A stretch of DNA of 64,000 nt from an uncultured virus (IMG/VR IMGVR_UViG_3300006789_000016). Lineage: Duplodnaviria; Heunggongvirae; Uroviricota; Caudoviricetes. This document shows, one piece after another, positions 9,594 to 16,981 of this stretch; position 1 is the first letter of the stretch; the number at the start of each line of letters is the position of its first letter. The stretch covers positions 1 through 64,000 of IMG/VR virus record IMGVR_UViG_3300006789_000016, one strand, 5' to 3'. The notes under the pieces are model-generated. The model saw only the letters and a program-made list of their open reading frames with translations. It searched no databases and had not been told where the DNA came from. The position numbers and the translations under genes were made by a program.

Positions 9594-9847
9594 AAGAAAA
9601 TTGGAGAACAGACCCTCTTCCCAAAAGAAGGTTTTTCTTCTGGGGAAAGGGAGAAATAGATGGTGTCTTTTGTCACTCTATCTTTATAAGAGAACAAGAC
9701 TTTCATCCTGATGATCTCAAGCTTCCATATCGTCGAAGAAGAATGGTCTGGGGGCATAGAAGAATAGATATAATCTCTTGTCGTTGGAGTAGGGGAGAGC
9801 CTTACAGAATGAGGGGATGGTCTGAAATAGAAGAACCGCAGGATTAG
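9590..9847 (+). CDS. Hypothetical protein
   Basis: ATGA overlap with pth2. Confidence 0.5.
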   Translation: MKENWRTDPLPKRRFFFWGKGEIDGVFCHSIFIREQDFHPDDLKLPYRRRRMVWGHRRIDIISCRWSRGEPYRMRGWSEIEEPQD

Positions 9848-9848
9848 A

Positions 9849-10082
9849 ATGATATTAAAAAATATTATCTTAGATCTCTTGGAAAACAAGAGTAGACTTA
9901 AAAAACATAATCAATTACGTTCTCGAATAGAAAACTTTACTCCACCTGGTCAGCCAAATTATAGTTGTTCATTTCAGTTTGGTGGTTCACAATTAAGATG
10001 GAAGTGTGGTTGTGAACGAACCATCATGAACAAAACACACTATAACGAATTATGTCAGACACACCTAAATCAACTGAAGTAA
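9849..10082 (+). CDS. Hypothetical Cys-containing small protein
   Basis: Operon-like packing with neighbours. Confidence 0.45.
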   Translation: MILKNIILDLLENKSRLKKHNQLRSRIENFTPPGQPNYSCSFQFGGSQLRWKCGCERTIMNKTHYNELCQTHLNQLK

Positions 10083-10345
10083 AAGCTTACAAGAGACCAC
10101 GCCCTACACGTAGACAACTCAAGAGAGAAATACAGATAGGACGTGAACATATTGGAGAATTAGCAAGTTGGCAAAAAGGACGTGAACAACGTATAGCTAT
10201 TTGTCTTGGTCTTTCAAAGAATGCAACTCTGCCAATGATTGAAAAGGAGGCGCGGAGATTATACACTATCTCTCAGAAACAAGCACAGGGCACTTCTCTT
10301 CTTCCTAAAAAGACTAAAAAGAAAAAGACAAAATCCAAAGTATAA
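10052..10345 (+). CDS. Hypothetical basic protein
   Basis: Operon-like packing; Lys/Arg-rich. Confidence 0.5.
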   Translation: MSDTPKSTEVKAYKRPRPTRRQLKREIQIGREHIGELASWQKGREQRIAICLGLSKNATLPMIEKEARRLYTISQKQAQGTSLLPKKTKKKKTKSKV

Positions 10346-10392
10346 TATTCTTGTAGCCTTCAGGGCTCATAGACATAAAGGAGTAACTAGCT

Positions 10393-11271
10393 TTGGTTCA
10401 AGAGACTCTTCATACCGTTCACGTTGATCCCAACACATTGAATAATCTTTATAACAAGAATGCTGTTAAGATCAGTGATGTTAATTCTAACTATCCAATC
10501 CTTTCATCAGAAATTCTTTATCCTAATGCACAGCTTATCCTTAAGCATGAATCACAAAGTGCATTGGCTGTTATTGATCCCGCTTGCAATTTTATAGAGC
10601 TATGCTTTAGTAATAATGCACCGTTTGGCATTAGTCCTCGCAACACAGAACAAACAGTTCTAATGCATCAATTACAAAATGATGATATTAAGTTACAGAT
10701 TATTGCAGGAAAAGCTGGCTGCGGCAAGTCTCTGCTTGCAATGGCTTCAGGCCTTAGTAAAGTTCTAGAAGATAATCTGTATAAAAGACTAGTTATTACT
10801 AAGCCTACTTATCAAGTGGGAGAAAAGGGTGCCTTCGCCGCAGTCCCCGGTAATATTCAAGAAAAGTATGAACCTTATCTTATGAACTTCATGATGACTC
10901 TTGAAGAGTTAGGCATGGAGAGAGCTTATCTAAATATTATTAAAGAGAAAAGATTAATAGAATTTGTACCTCTGCAATTAATGAGAGGAATGTCTTTTAA
11001 AAACTGCATGGTAGTCGCTGATGAAGTACAGTCTCTATCAAGACATGAGATGCAAACTCTTTGCTCAAGAATTGGAGCTAACTCCAAGCTTGTTTTGCTT
11101 GGTGATCCAAGACAAATAGATAGAAGCATATCATTTAATGAAACAGGCCTTGCCCGTTTAATCAAATCTGACAGAATAAAATATTCTGATCTATGTGCTA
11201 TGACTCATCTAACAAAGAATGAAAGAAGTAGACTTAGTACATTATTAGATGATGTTCTTTTAGAAGACTAA
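10393..11271 (+). CDS. phoH: PhoH-family ATPase
   Basis: PRNTEQ, GKAGCGKS, VPGNIQEKYEPY, MRGMSF, ADEVQS, LGDPRQID; AAGGAG RBS before TTG. Confidence 0.92.
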   Translation: MVQETLHTVHVDPNTLNNLYNKNAVKISDVNSNYPILSSEILYPNAQLILKHESQSALAVIDPACNFIELCFSNNAPFGISPRNTEQTVLMHQLQNDDIKLQIIAGKAGCGKSLLAMASGLSKVLEDNLYKRLVITKPTYQVGEKGAFAAVPGNIQEKYEPYLMNFMMTLEELGMERAYLNIIKEKRLIEFVPLQLMRGMSFKNCMVVADEVQSLSRHEMQTLCSRIGANSKLVLLGDPRQIDRSISFNETGLARLIKSDRIKYSDLCAMTHLTKNERSRLSTLLDDVLLED

Positions 11272-11321
11272 TCTTTTTCAAAAGATTATGGGAAAGGAAG
11301 AGGGTAAAACCTCTCCCTGTT

Positions 11322-11660
11322 TTGTTTATGATTATAAAATCTTACACTGATTCAGAATGTGTTGTCCTTTGTATCTTCTGTACTATAACTTATCGTTTAA
11401 TAAGTAATTTTATTTTAGAGTGTTCTCTTGATCATGGCAATGGGGCTCATGATTATATAATCATGAGGCCTGGCGATAATATTATTCCAGGAGATCTTAT
11501 TGCCTCAAACTGGTTATACCCACTCACCAAGTGGCAAGAAAATCTTAAGAAAGAAATAATAGAAATTGAATATAAATATATAACTATAGGGAAAGAGTTT
11601 CCTAAGATACTTCAAATACTGCAGGAAAGGATTAAACGATGGGATACATCAGAGAATTAG
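11322..11660 (+). CDS. Small protein, shared C-terminal motif group A
   Basis: C-terminus EIEYKYITIGKEFPKILQIL. Confidence 0.55.
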   Translation: MFMIIKSYTDSECVVLCIFCTITYRLISNFILECSLDHGNGAHDYIIMRPGDNIIPGDLIASNWLYPLTKWQENLKKEIIEIEYKYITIGKEFPKILQILQERIKRWDTSEN

Positions 11661-11959
11661 ACCTGCCACCTGGCAGTAAATATAGATGTATATACGGTGT
11701 TCATCTTAAAATTAAAAGAAAGAGGGAGCACTATACTGGATGGACTTTTTATGCTTCTGCAGACCATCTCAACAGATGGAGACTAACACCTACTCTAGGG
11801 TATGGAAAAACATATTTGTCTTCCGAAGCACAAGAAGAATTTGTAAAAATTCTCCTTAACCTAGAGTATGAGCACCTAACTTCTGGTGATAAGACTTACT
11901 TCCCTAATCTATATCCAGTACTGAGAAAATTAGAAAATGATGCAGATAAAAAAGGTTGA
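11639..11959 (+). CDS. Small protein, group A
   Basis: C-terminus NLEYEHLTSGDKTYFPNLYPVLRKLE. Confidence 0.6.
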   Translation: MGYIRELDLPPGSKYRCIYGVHLKIKRKREHYTGWTFYASADHLNRWRLTPTLGYGKTYLSSEAQEEFVKILLNLEYEHLTSGDKTYFPNLYPVLRKLENDADKKG

Positions 11960-12188
11960 AGATATCTATGAATGGAAACCTATCCATATTCATATAGAAA
12001 AAAATAGTTATCAACTGTCAACAGAGTGGTCTCGAAATGAATCGGTAACAAACCTCTCGCCTTTTTATCGAAAAGATTTATTAAATTGCTTGCAAAACTT
12101 ACAATACAAAGCTATAATAACTGAAGATAAAGAGTTCTTTCCAGAACTCTTACCACTATTAAAAGCATTAGAAGAAATAGATCAATAA
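11937..12188 (+). CDS. Small protein, group A
   Basis: C-terminus NLQYKAIITEDKEFFPELLPLLKALEE. Confidence 0.6.
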   Translation: MMQIKKVEDIYEWKPIHIHIEKNSYQLSTEWSRNESVTNLSPFYRKDLLNCLQNLQYKAIITEDKEFFPELLPLLKALEEIDQ

Positions 12189-12191
12189 TTA

Positions 12192-12518
12192 ATGACTGAA
12201 AAATATATTCTCAAAGTAAAAACCTGGGCCCCAATTAGTTTTCATAAAAATGAAGATGATAGAATCATTGCTTTCGCAGACAAGCCGCGCAAAAAATATA
12301 TTCTATCAGAAAAACCACTCTATCTTTCAGGGTTTGACGGCTGGGCTGATCATTGGTTATGCAAAACAAAAGAAACTTTAGAAGATTCAATATATGAGTC
12401 TCTTCTTTGTGGCAATAAAGAACAATTAGATTTAATAGAAAGACTTTTATTTCTTACCAAGAAAGCAATTTATTTTCAAACTATTAGTAATCGAAAAAAT
12501 ATATATCAAAATGAATAG
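12192..12518 (+). CDS. Small protein, group A
   Basis: C-terminal region DSIYESLLCGNKEQLDLIERLL. Confidence 0.55.
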   Translation: MTEKYILKVKTWAPISFHKNEDDRIIAFADKPRKKYILSEKPLYLSGFDGWADHWLCKTKETLEDSIYESLLCGNKEQLDLIERLLFLTKKAIYFQTISNRKNIYQNE

Positions 12519-12759
12519 AGAAGAATTAATCCAAAGTATAGAACACTCCTTAAACTCATCTGGTCTATCAGACAGAGAGAAAGTACGTGCACTTAGCAAT
12601 GTCTTGATTGACTATGGATGTGCACTTGAGTCTATATCTGAACCAGTTACCACCACCACACTTAAAAAGATAGAGCAAGACTATTATCAGTCCCCAACCT
12701 TGGGTAAAGCTCTTATCATGCAAGGAAGCCTCATGCTTACATGGGGTGCAACACATTAA
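12511..12759 (+). CDS. Hypothetical protein
   Basis: Overlapping operon packing. Confidence 0.55.
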   Translation: MNREELIQSIEHSLNSSGLSDREKVRALSNVLIDYGCALESISEPVTTTTLKKIEQDYYQSPTLGKALIMQGSLMLTWGATH

Positions 12760-12788
12760 ACACAAATAAAAATAACAGGATAAATCAT

Positions 12789-13316
12789 ATGGAAACATTG
12801 TATATCAACCGTCCCAATCAGTACGCTATTTACAAAGGCATTAAAGGAAATAACGGAGCCATTCAATTTAACTTGATTCCGTTTGACCCCGCGCGTGCAA
12901 ACGTAGATGATGATCGCAAACTGCAAGAAAAAGACAAAAAAGGTTGGTTGCTTATCGATGCAGCCAGTGCTTCTGGACCCAATCAATATGATTGGAGCAC
13001 AGATATTAAATTCTCTATGTCTGAAACAGATATTGGCAAGTTTCTTGTTGGTATCGGTCGAATGGGGAGTGAAGGAGACACTTTAGTTAATATCTTTCAC
13101 AAACATGAAAAGACAGGGGCCACTAAGAAACTAATCATTACACAAGGCAGAGTGTATCAAGGTAATCCAACCTGGATGTTTGCTCTTCTTTGTACAGACA
13201 GTACAGGCACTCGAAATGTCAATGTACCTATTAGCAAAGACGAAATGCTTGTTCTGAAGCTTCTGCTTGAAGCAGCAGTTCCCTCTATTCTTGGATGGAG
13301 TGCTCGTAGTGTCTAA
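12789..13316 (+). CDS. Whirly-family (PC4-like) ssDNA-binding protein
   Basis: YAIYKG...GWLLIDAASASGPNQYDWSTDIKFSMSETDIG...IFH...NVPISKDEMLVL...AVPSILGW follows the plant Whirly domain (IYKGKAAL...G.RQYDW.RKQ.FSLS.TEIG...FFHD...IP.TKAEF...P.LLGW) along its length. ACAGGA RBS before ATG 12789. Confidence 0.8.
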   Translation: METLYINRPNQYAIYKGIKGNNGAIQFNLIPFDPARANVDDDRKLQEKDKKGWLLIDAASASGPNQYDWSTDIKFSMSETDIGKFLVGIGRMGSEGDTLVNIFHKHEKTGATKKLIITQGRVYQGNPTWMFALLCTDSTGTRNVNVPISKDEMLVLKLLLEAAVPSILGWSARSV

Positions 13317-13659
13317 GCCAATTGTAAATGCACATATCTTCGCTCAACTTTTTGACGAAATGGCTTGGGGTGGTCTAGTCTTACTAGAAAGTTCTGAATT
13401 TGAAAAACAACAAAGATTAGAATTTACACTTCCCTTACCCGCTAACGCTGATCCTTCTTATGCTGAAGAGTCAGTTGTTTATGAGGCTAGCAAAATGCTT
13501 CCCATGAGATTAAAATGGCCTGACTATATTGTCACAAATTTTATTGTCTCTTCTGAAGAAGTAAAGAAAAGAGTTGAATCTAACGAACACATAAGTAAAA
13601 ATATGAAACAATATGCCTACCAAACAACCGTCAGAAAAAACGATAGCACTGGAGAATGA
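13309..13659 (+). CDS. Hypothetical protein
   Basis: GTG 13309 with GGAG RBS, overlapping the Whirly stop codon. Confidence 0.55.
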   Translation: MSKPIVNAHIFAQLFDEMAWGGLVLLESSEFEKQQRLEFTLPLPANADPSYAEESVVYEASKMLPMRLKWPDYIVTNFIVSSEEVKKRVESNEHISKNMKQYAYQTTVRKNDSTGE

Positions 13660-13996
13660 AAAGGGAGAGATGCTTAACCTCTTAGATTTGGTCTCACAAA
13701 TCTTAGACAAAAGCACATCATCTCAAATAGATGAAAAATCTCAACTTCTTTCAGCAATTAGTGCAACTCAAATTGTTAAAGATATGGGACAACGAGGATC
13801 AGATGAGGTTATTGCCTTATATAAAATCTATCCAAACTTGATACCTTTACTGGCTGGTGTATTCCAGACAGGGCTTAAACTTGGCCTATTCATTGCACGA
13901 AAAAACATTAAGATTACATTACAGGAATCTAATGCAGAAAGTGATCAGTCAAGTAGCCAAACTAATAGTTCCAATAGTCATACCGATTCTAATTGA
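13613..13996 (+). CDS. Hypothetical protein
   Basis: Operon-like packing. Confidence 0.55.
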   Translation: MPTKQPSEKTIALENEKGEMLNLLDLVSQILDKSTSSQIDEKSQLLSAISATQIVKDMGQRGSDEVIALYKIYPNLIPLLAGVFQTGLKLGLFIARKNIKITLQESNAESDQSSSQTNSSNSHTDSN

Positions 13997-14067
13997 GATG
14001 ACTCTTAAAGAGTTCTTCGGATTATCTGAAGACAAAATAAAACAACATGTAGAAAACAGGAGAAAAA

Positions 14068-14409
14068 ATGAGTGATTTGAAAGTAACCAATGTAAAGTTC
14101 TGGCCGCGCACCGGTAACGGTGCCCTCAAGGCTTTTGCCGATGTAGAGTTTAACGGAGAGATGACCGTCAAGGGATTCTCTGTGTTCTCTGGTCAGAACG
14201 GCATCTGGGCGAAGGCCCCTTCCGACAGAGTAGAAAAGAATGGTGAGACGCAGTATTACCCGCGTATCATGTTCCGTTCTACCGGCGAGGAGAAGAGTAC
14301 TCATCCAGTGCTCAAGGCCATTGTCGATGCTTATACTGGTGGTTCGTCTGCCCAGACTAAGTCTACCCCTCAACCGGCAGATGCAGGTCTTGGTAGCGAT
14401 CCCTGGTAA
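14068..14409 (+). CDS. spoVG: SpoVG-family nucleic-acid-binding protein with flexible C-terminal tail
   Basis: LKVTNVKF...LKAFADVEFNGEMTVKGFSVFSGQNGIWAKAPS...G...Y matches SpoVG; CAGGAG RBS. Confidence 0.8.
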   Translation: MSDLKVTNVKFWPRTGNGALKAFADVEFNGEMTVKGFSVFSGQNGIWAKAPSDRVEKNGETQYYPRIMFRSTGEEKSTHPVLKAIVDAYTGGSSAQTKSTPQPADAGLGSDPW

Positions 14410-14430
14410 ACATAGAGTAACTCTCAAAAC

Positions 14431-14465
14431 AAGGGGCGGGGAGAAATCTCCGCCCCTTTGTTATT
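14431..14465 (+). terminator. Rho-independent terminator after spoVG
   Basis: AAGGGGCGG...CCGCCCCTT stem followed by TGTTATT. Confidence 0.75.
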
Positions 14466-14478
14466 GAAAAGAGAACGC

Positions 14479-14637
14479 GTGGACAAATTCAAAAATATAG
14501 AGCCCAACCTTATTGAATTGTTTAAATTTATTCGTCAGTTCTATCCTAAATTAGAGCAAGAAATTGTATACAAAGCTCTTCTTACCGACAAGAAGAGTAA
14601 ATTTGTACAATATATTCTAGAAGAAGGAGAAGAATAG
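14479..14637 (+). CDS. 52-aa protein, group A (below the ORF-track cutoff)
   Basis: Manual translation from GTG: MDKFKNIEPNLIELFKFIRQFYPKLEQEIVYKALLTDKKSKFVQYILEEGEE; its stop abuts the next GTG. Confidence 0.55.
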   Translation: MDKFKNIEPNLIELFKFIRQFYPKLEQEIVYKALLTDKKSKFVQYILEEGEE

Positions 14638-14955
14638 GTGATAAACTGGGGAAGTCCTTCCAATATAGTTTTATCCAAGATTGATTTAAGACCTGGATTC
14701 TCCTGGAGACTTACTTACAAATGTTGGGGTTGGCATATACACTTCTTTCATAAAAGCAATGGTACTTGGTATTGGCAACACAATCCAGACATACTTAGCT
14801 ACGCACGACCATTAACAATTCCCCCCGAGCCTGTACGTCGAGAGGAATTTAAAAATTGGATAAAAGATAAACTTTATATTCAGTTAATAACCCCAACAAA
14901 AAACAATGAACTTATAGAGGTTTTAGAAACAATGCTTGTTGAAGCAGAGGATTGA
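14638..14955 (+). CDS. Small protein, group A
   Basis: FKNWIKDKLYIQLITPTKNNELIEVLETML. Confidence 0.6.
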   Translation: MINWGSPSNIVLSKIDLRPGFSWRLTYKCWGWHIHFFHKSNGTWYWQHNPDILSYARPLTIPPEPVRREEFKNWIKDKLYIQLITPTKNNELIEVLETMLVEAED

Positions 14956-15298
14956 GGTGGGTTTGCCACCACCATATAAAATGAAGCTAGAGAAAGTTAA
15001 AAACACTTGGGTTTTAACTTTTCGTACATTTGGAAACCATTGTATTTCTATTAACAAATCACAAGAAGGATGGTTCTTCGAGACTATCGGCAGAGGTCTT
15101 GCCATAACAGATTCTATCGACAAGCTTCTTCTTCGAACATATCTATCTCATTATCCATATCTATATAGATTTAAAGCATGGCTAGAAGAAGAACTCTATA
15201 CAGCATGGATGACAGATAATCCCGAACACTTAGAGATTTTGGAAATTCTATTAAATAATACTAAAAAGCATATACAGCGGTGGGAAACAAAACTATGA
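14936..15298 (+). CDS. Small protein, group A
   Basis: FKAWLEEELYTAWMTDNPEHLEILEILL. Confidence 0.6.
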   Translation: MLKQRIEVGLPPPYKMKLEKVKNTWVLTFRTFGNHCISINKSQEGWFFETIGRGLAITDSIDKLLLRTYLSHYPYLYRFKAWLEEELYTAWMTDNPEHLEILEILLNNTKKHIQRWETKL

Positions 15299-15801
15299 AA
15301 GAAACACTTGAAACCCTTAAAAAAGGGAAAGAAAAACTTAAAGAATTCTCTACTCTTATTGGGACTCACTATCTTGTTGATGGGAAGACTCCCGATCAGT
15401 GGAGACAAGAATTTACTATTAACATAGGAAAAGACCCGAACATTGAAGAAGTGCGCCGGACTTCTGCCGCTCTTGTTCGGCTCATCAATATTGCATCTTT
15501 CTATAAAGCTAATGCTCAATTAGTCTTTGATGGTATTAGTCATGGTTCTCACGACCAGTACCTCAGTGCTTTTGAAAAGCAAGTAGACAAATATAAGGTT
15601 GATGGTAAACGACTTCCATCACAGAAAACACTTGAGTCTCTAGCAGAAAGCTCAATGAAAGATCTTAACTCTGCTAAAGCTAATGCTGGAATGAAGCTTC
15701 GCTTCTGGAAAGATATTGTCCAAGGTCTTGTTGAGCAAAGGAAAAGCTTAGAAATGATTATGTGGTCAATCAATATTGAAATGAAGAAAGAAACATACTG
15801 A
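15280..15801 (+). CDS. Helical hypothetical protein (possibly a UvsY-like recombination mediator)
   Basis: All-helical coiled-coil pattern and size recall UvsY-like proteins; no firm motif. The confidence reflects the CDS, and the UvsY idea is weak. Confidence 0.5.
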   Translation: MGNKTMKETLETLKKGKEKLKEFSTLIGTHYLVDGKTPDQWRQEFTINIGKDPNIEEVRRTSAALVRLINIASFYKANAQLVFDGISHGSHDQYLSAFEKQVDKYKVDGKRLPSQKTLESLAESSMKDLNSAKANAGMKLRFWKDIVQGLVEQRKSLEMIMWSINIEMKKETY

Positions 15802-15803
15802 TT

Positions 15804-16172
15804 TTGTTCAATATGTCTGTTACTTACTCATGGCCGCCACCATCACGAGTTAAATACTATTTTTTCTTTGAAGAAAAAGAACTCTCTTTAAAGAGAGTTC
15901 TTATTATCTCTTCCTCTAGAAAACCTGCTTATTTATGTAAAGTAAGCTCTCTTATCTATGGAGGAAAGAATCGCTGGCGTGCGCCTGAAGATGTTGTGTG
16001 GAGAAATCTTGAAGAAAGTCTTGCATTGAAAACATCTTTTTATTGCAAAGCTCTTCAAGAGGCAGCAAAAGAAAAATATTACAAGCTCATTATGAATAAT
16101 TTAGATAATTGGATACTTCAACCTCTTCAAGAATTGATAGATATAGACCTTAGTCAGATTGTGAGAGACTAA
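15804..16172 (+). CDS. Small protein, group A
   Basis: AAKEKYYKLIMNNLDNWILQPLQELI; N-terminal WPPPS resembles LPPGS/LPPPY of other members. Confidence 0.5.
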   Translation: MFNMSVTYSWPPPSRVKYYFFFEEKELSLKRVLIISSSRKPAYLCKVSSLIYGGKNRWRAPEDVVWRNLEESLALKTSFYCKALQEAAKEKYYKLIMNNLDNWILQPLQELIDIDLSQIVRD

Positions 16173-16274
16173 TGGGTGCTCCTATAGTCAAACCACTTAC
16201 ATCCCATATACCCATATGATGAAAGAAAAAGAAGATACATTAGAAATTTCTATTCTTACAGCTTTGTATAAAGC

Positions 16275-16303
16275 TTTACTAGAAGTTCAGCATACAGTAT
16301 AAT
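16275..16303 (+). promoter_or_regulatory. Candidate sigma70-type promoter for the redoxin-nrdJ unit
   Basis: TTTACT, 17-nt spacer, TATAAT, about 20 nt upstream of ATG 16324 with AAGGAG RBS. Confidence 0.45.
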
Positions 16304-16323
16304 AAGCACCCCAAGGAGAATAA

Positions 16324-16962
16324 ATGCCAACAACTTTTCTATTACTATTGAGCTGTACTCAAGACATTTTCGATACAGCAGCAGAAGAAGACGGTTGGCT
16401 CGGAGGATCACCGGAGACTCCTATCATTGTAGACTTTACAGAATCTGAAGTAGAAGATACCGGGGTGGTTAAAGAAAACAACCTAACTGAAATAATAGAA
16501 GAAAATTGTTATGTTCAAATGGGTACAAAACTTTGTGACTTCACCTTGACAAATCAGATGGGAACAGATATTACTCTTTCCGATTATTCAGGATCTTATA
16601 TTCTATTAGATTTCTCTGCAATGTGGTGCGGACCTTGTCAAAGTGCAGCAGCTGCAGCCCAGGATCTTCAAAATAATTATTCTGACAAGAATGTTAAATA
16701 CATTATTGTCTTACTTGAGGATTATTACAGTCAAGAGTTAGACTTAAAAGATCTTAATGATTGGTCAGACACATTTGGCCTAACAACTATAAATACATTG
16801 GGCGGATCAAGAGCATTGCTTCAGTCAAGCGGAGGACCATATCCTCTTTCATCCTGGCCCACCTTTTACTATATTAATAAGGAAGGAATTGTAGAGTATT
16901 ACCACTCTGGATATTCAGAAGAAGCTCTACAACATAACCTCGATTACTTAACCTCGCAATAA
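16324..16962 (+). CDS. TlpA/ResA-like thioredoxin-fold lipoprotein
   Basis: Lipobox-like LLLSC; DFTLTNQMG; LLDFSAMWCGPC; cis-Pro loop WPTFYYINKEG. Confidence 0.85.
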   Translation: MPTTFLLLLSCTQDIFDTAAEEDGWLGGSPETPIIVDFTESEVEDTGVVKENNLTEIIEENCYVQMGTKLCDFTLTNQMGTDITLSDYSGSYILLDFSAMWCGPCQSAAAAAQDLQNNYSDKNVKYIIVLLEDYYSQELDLKDLNDWSDTFGLTTINTLGGSRALLQSSGGPYPLSSWPTFYYINKEGIVEYYHSGYSEEALQHNLDYLTSQ

Positions 16963-16981
16963 GTCTCTATACAGGCTCGAG

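Noticed and set aside
11291..11322. Hairpin after phoH with a GTAA-containing loop similar to that at 3106-3136
   Set aside because: The stem is imperfect and two instances are too few to call a repeat family; it is probably an ordinary weak terminator.
11322..16172. Diversity-generating retroelement or cassette array as the source of the group A genes
   Set aside because: No reverse transcriptase, integrase, template/variable repeat pair or attC-like nucleotide repeats were seen; the similarity is only at protein level.
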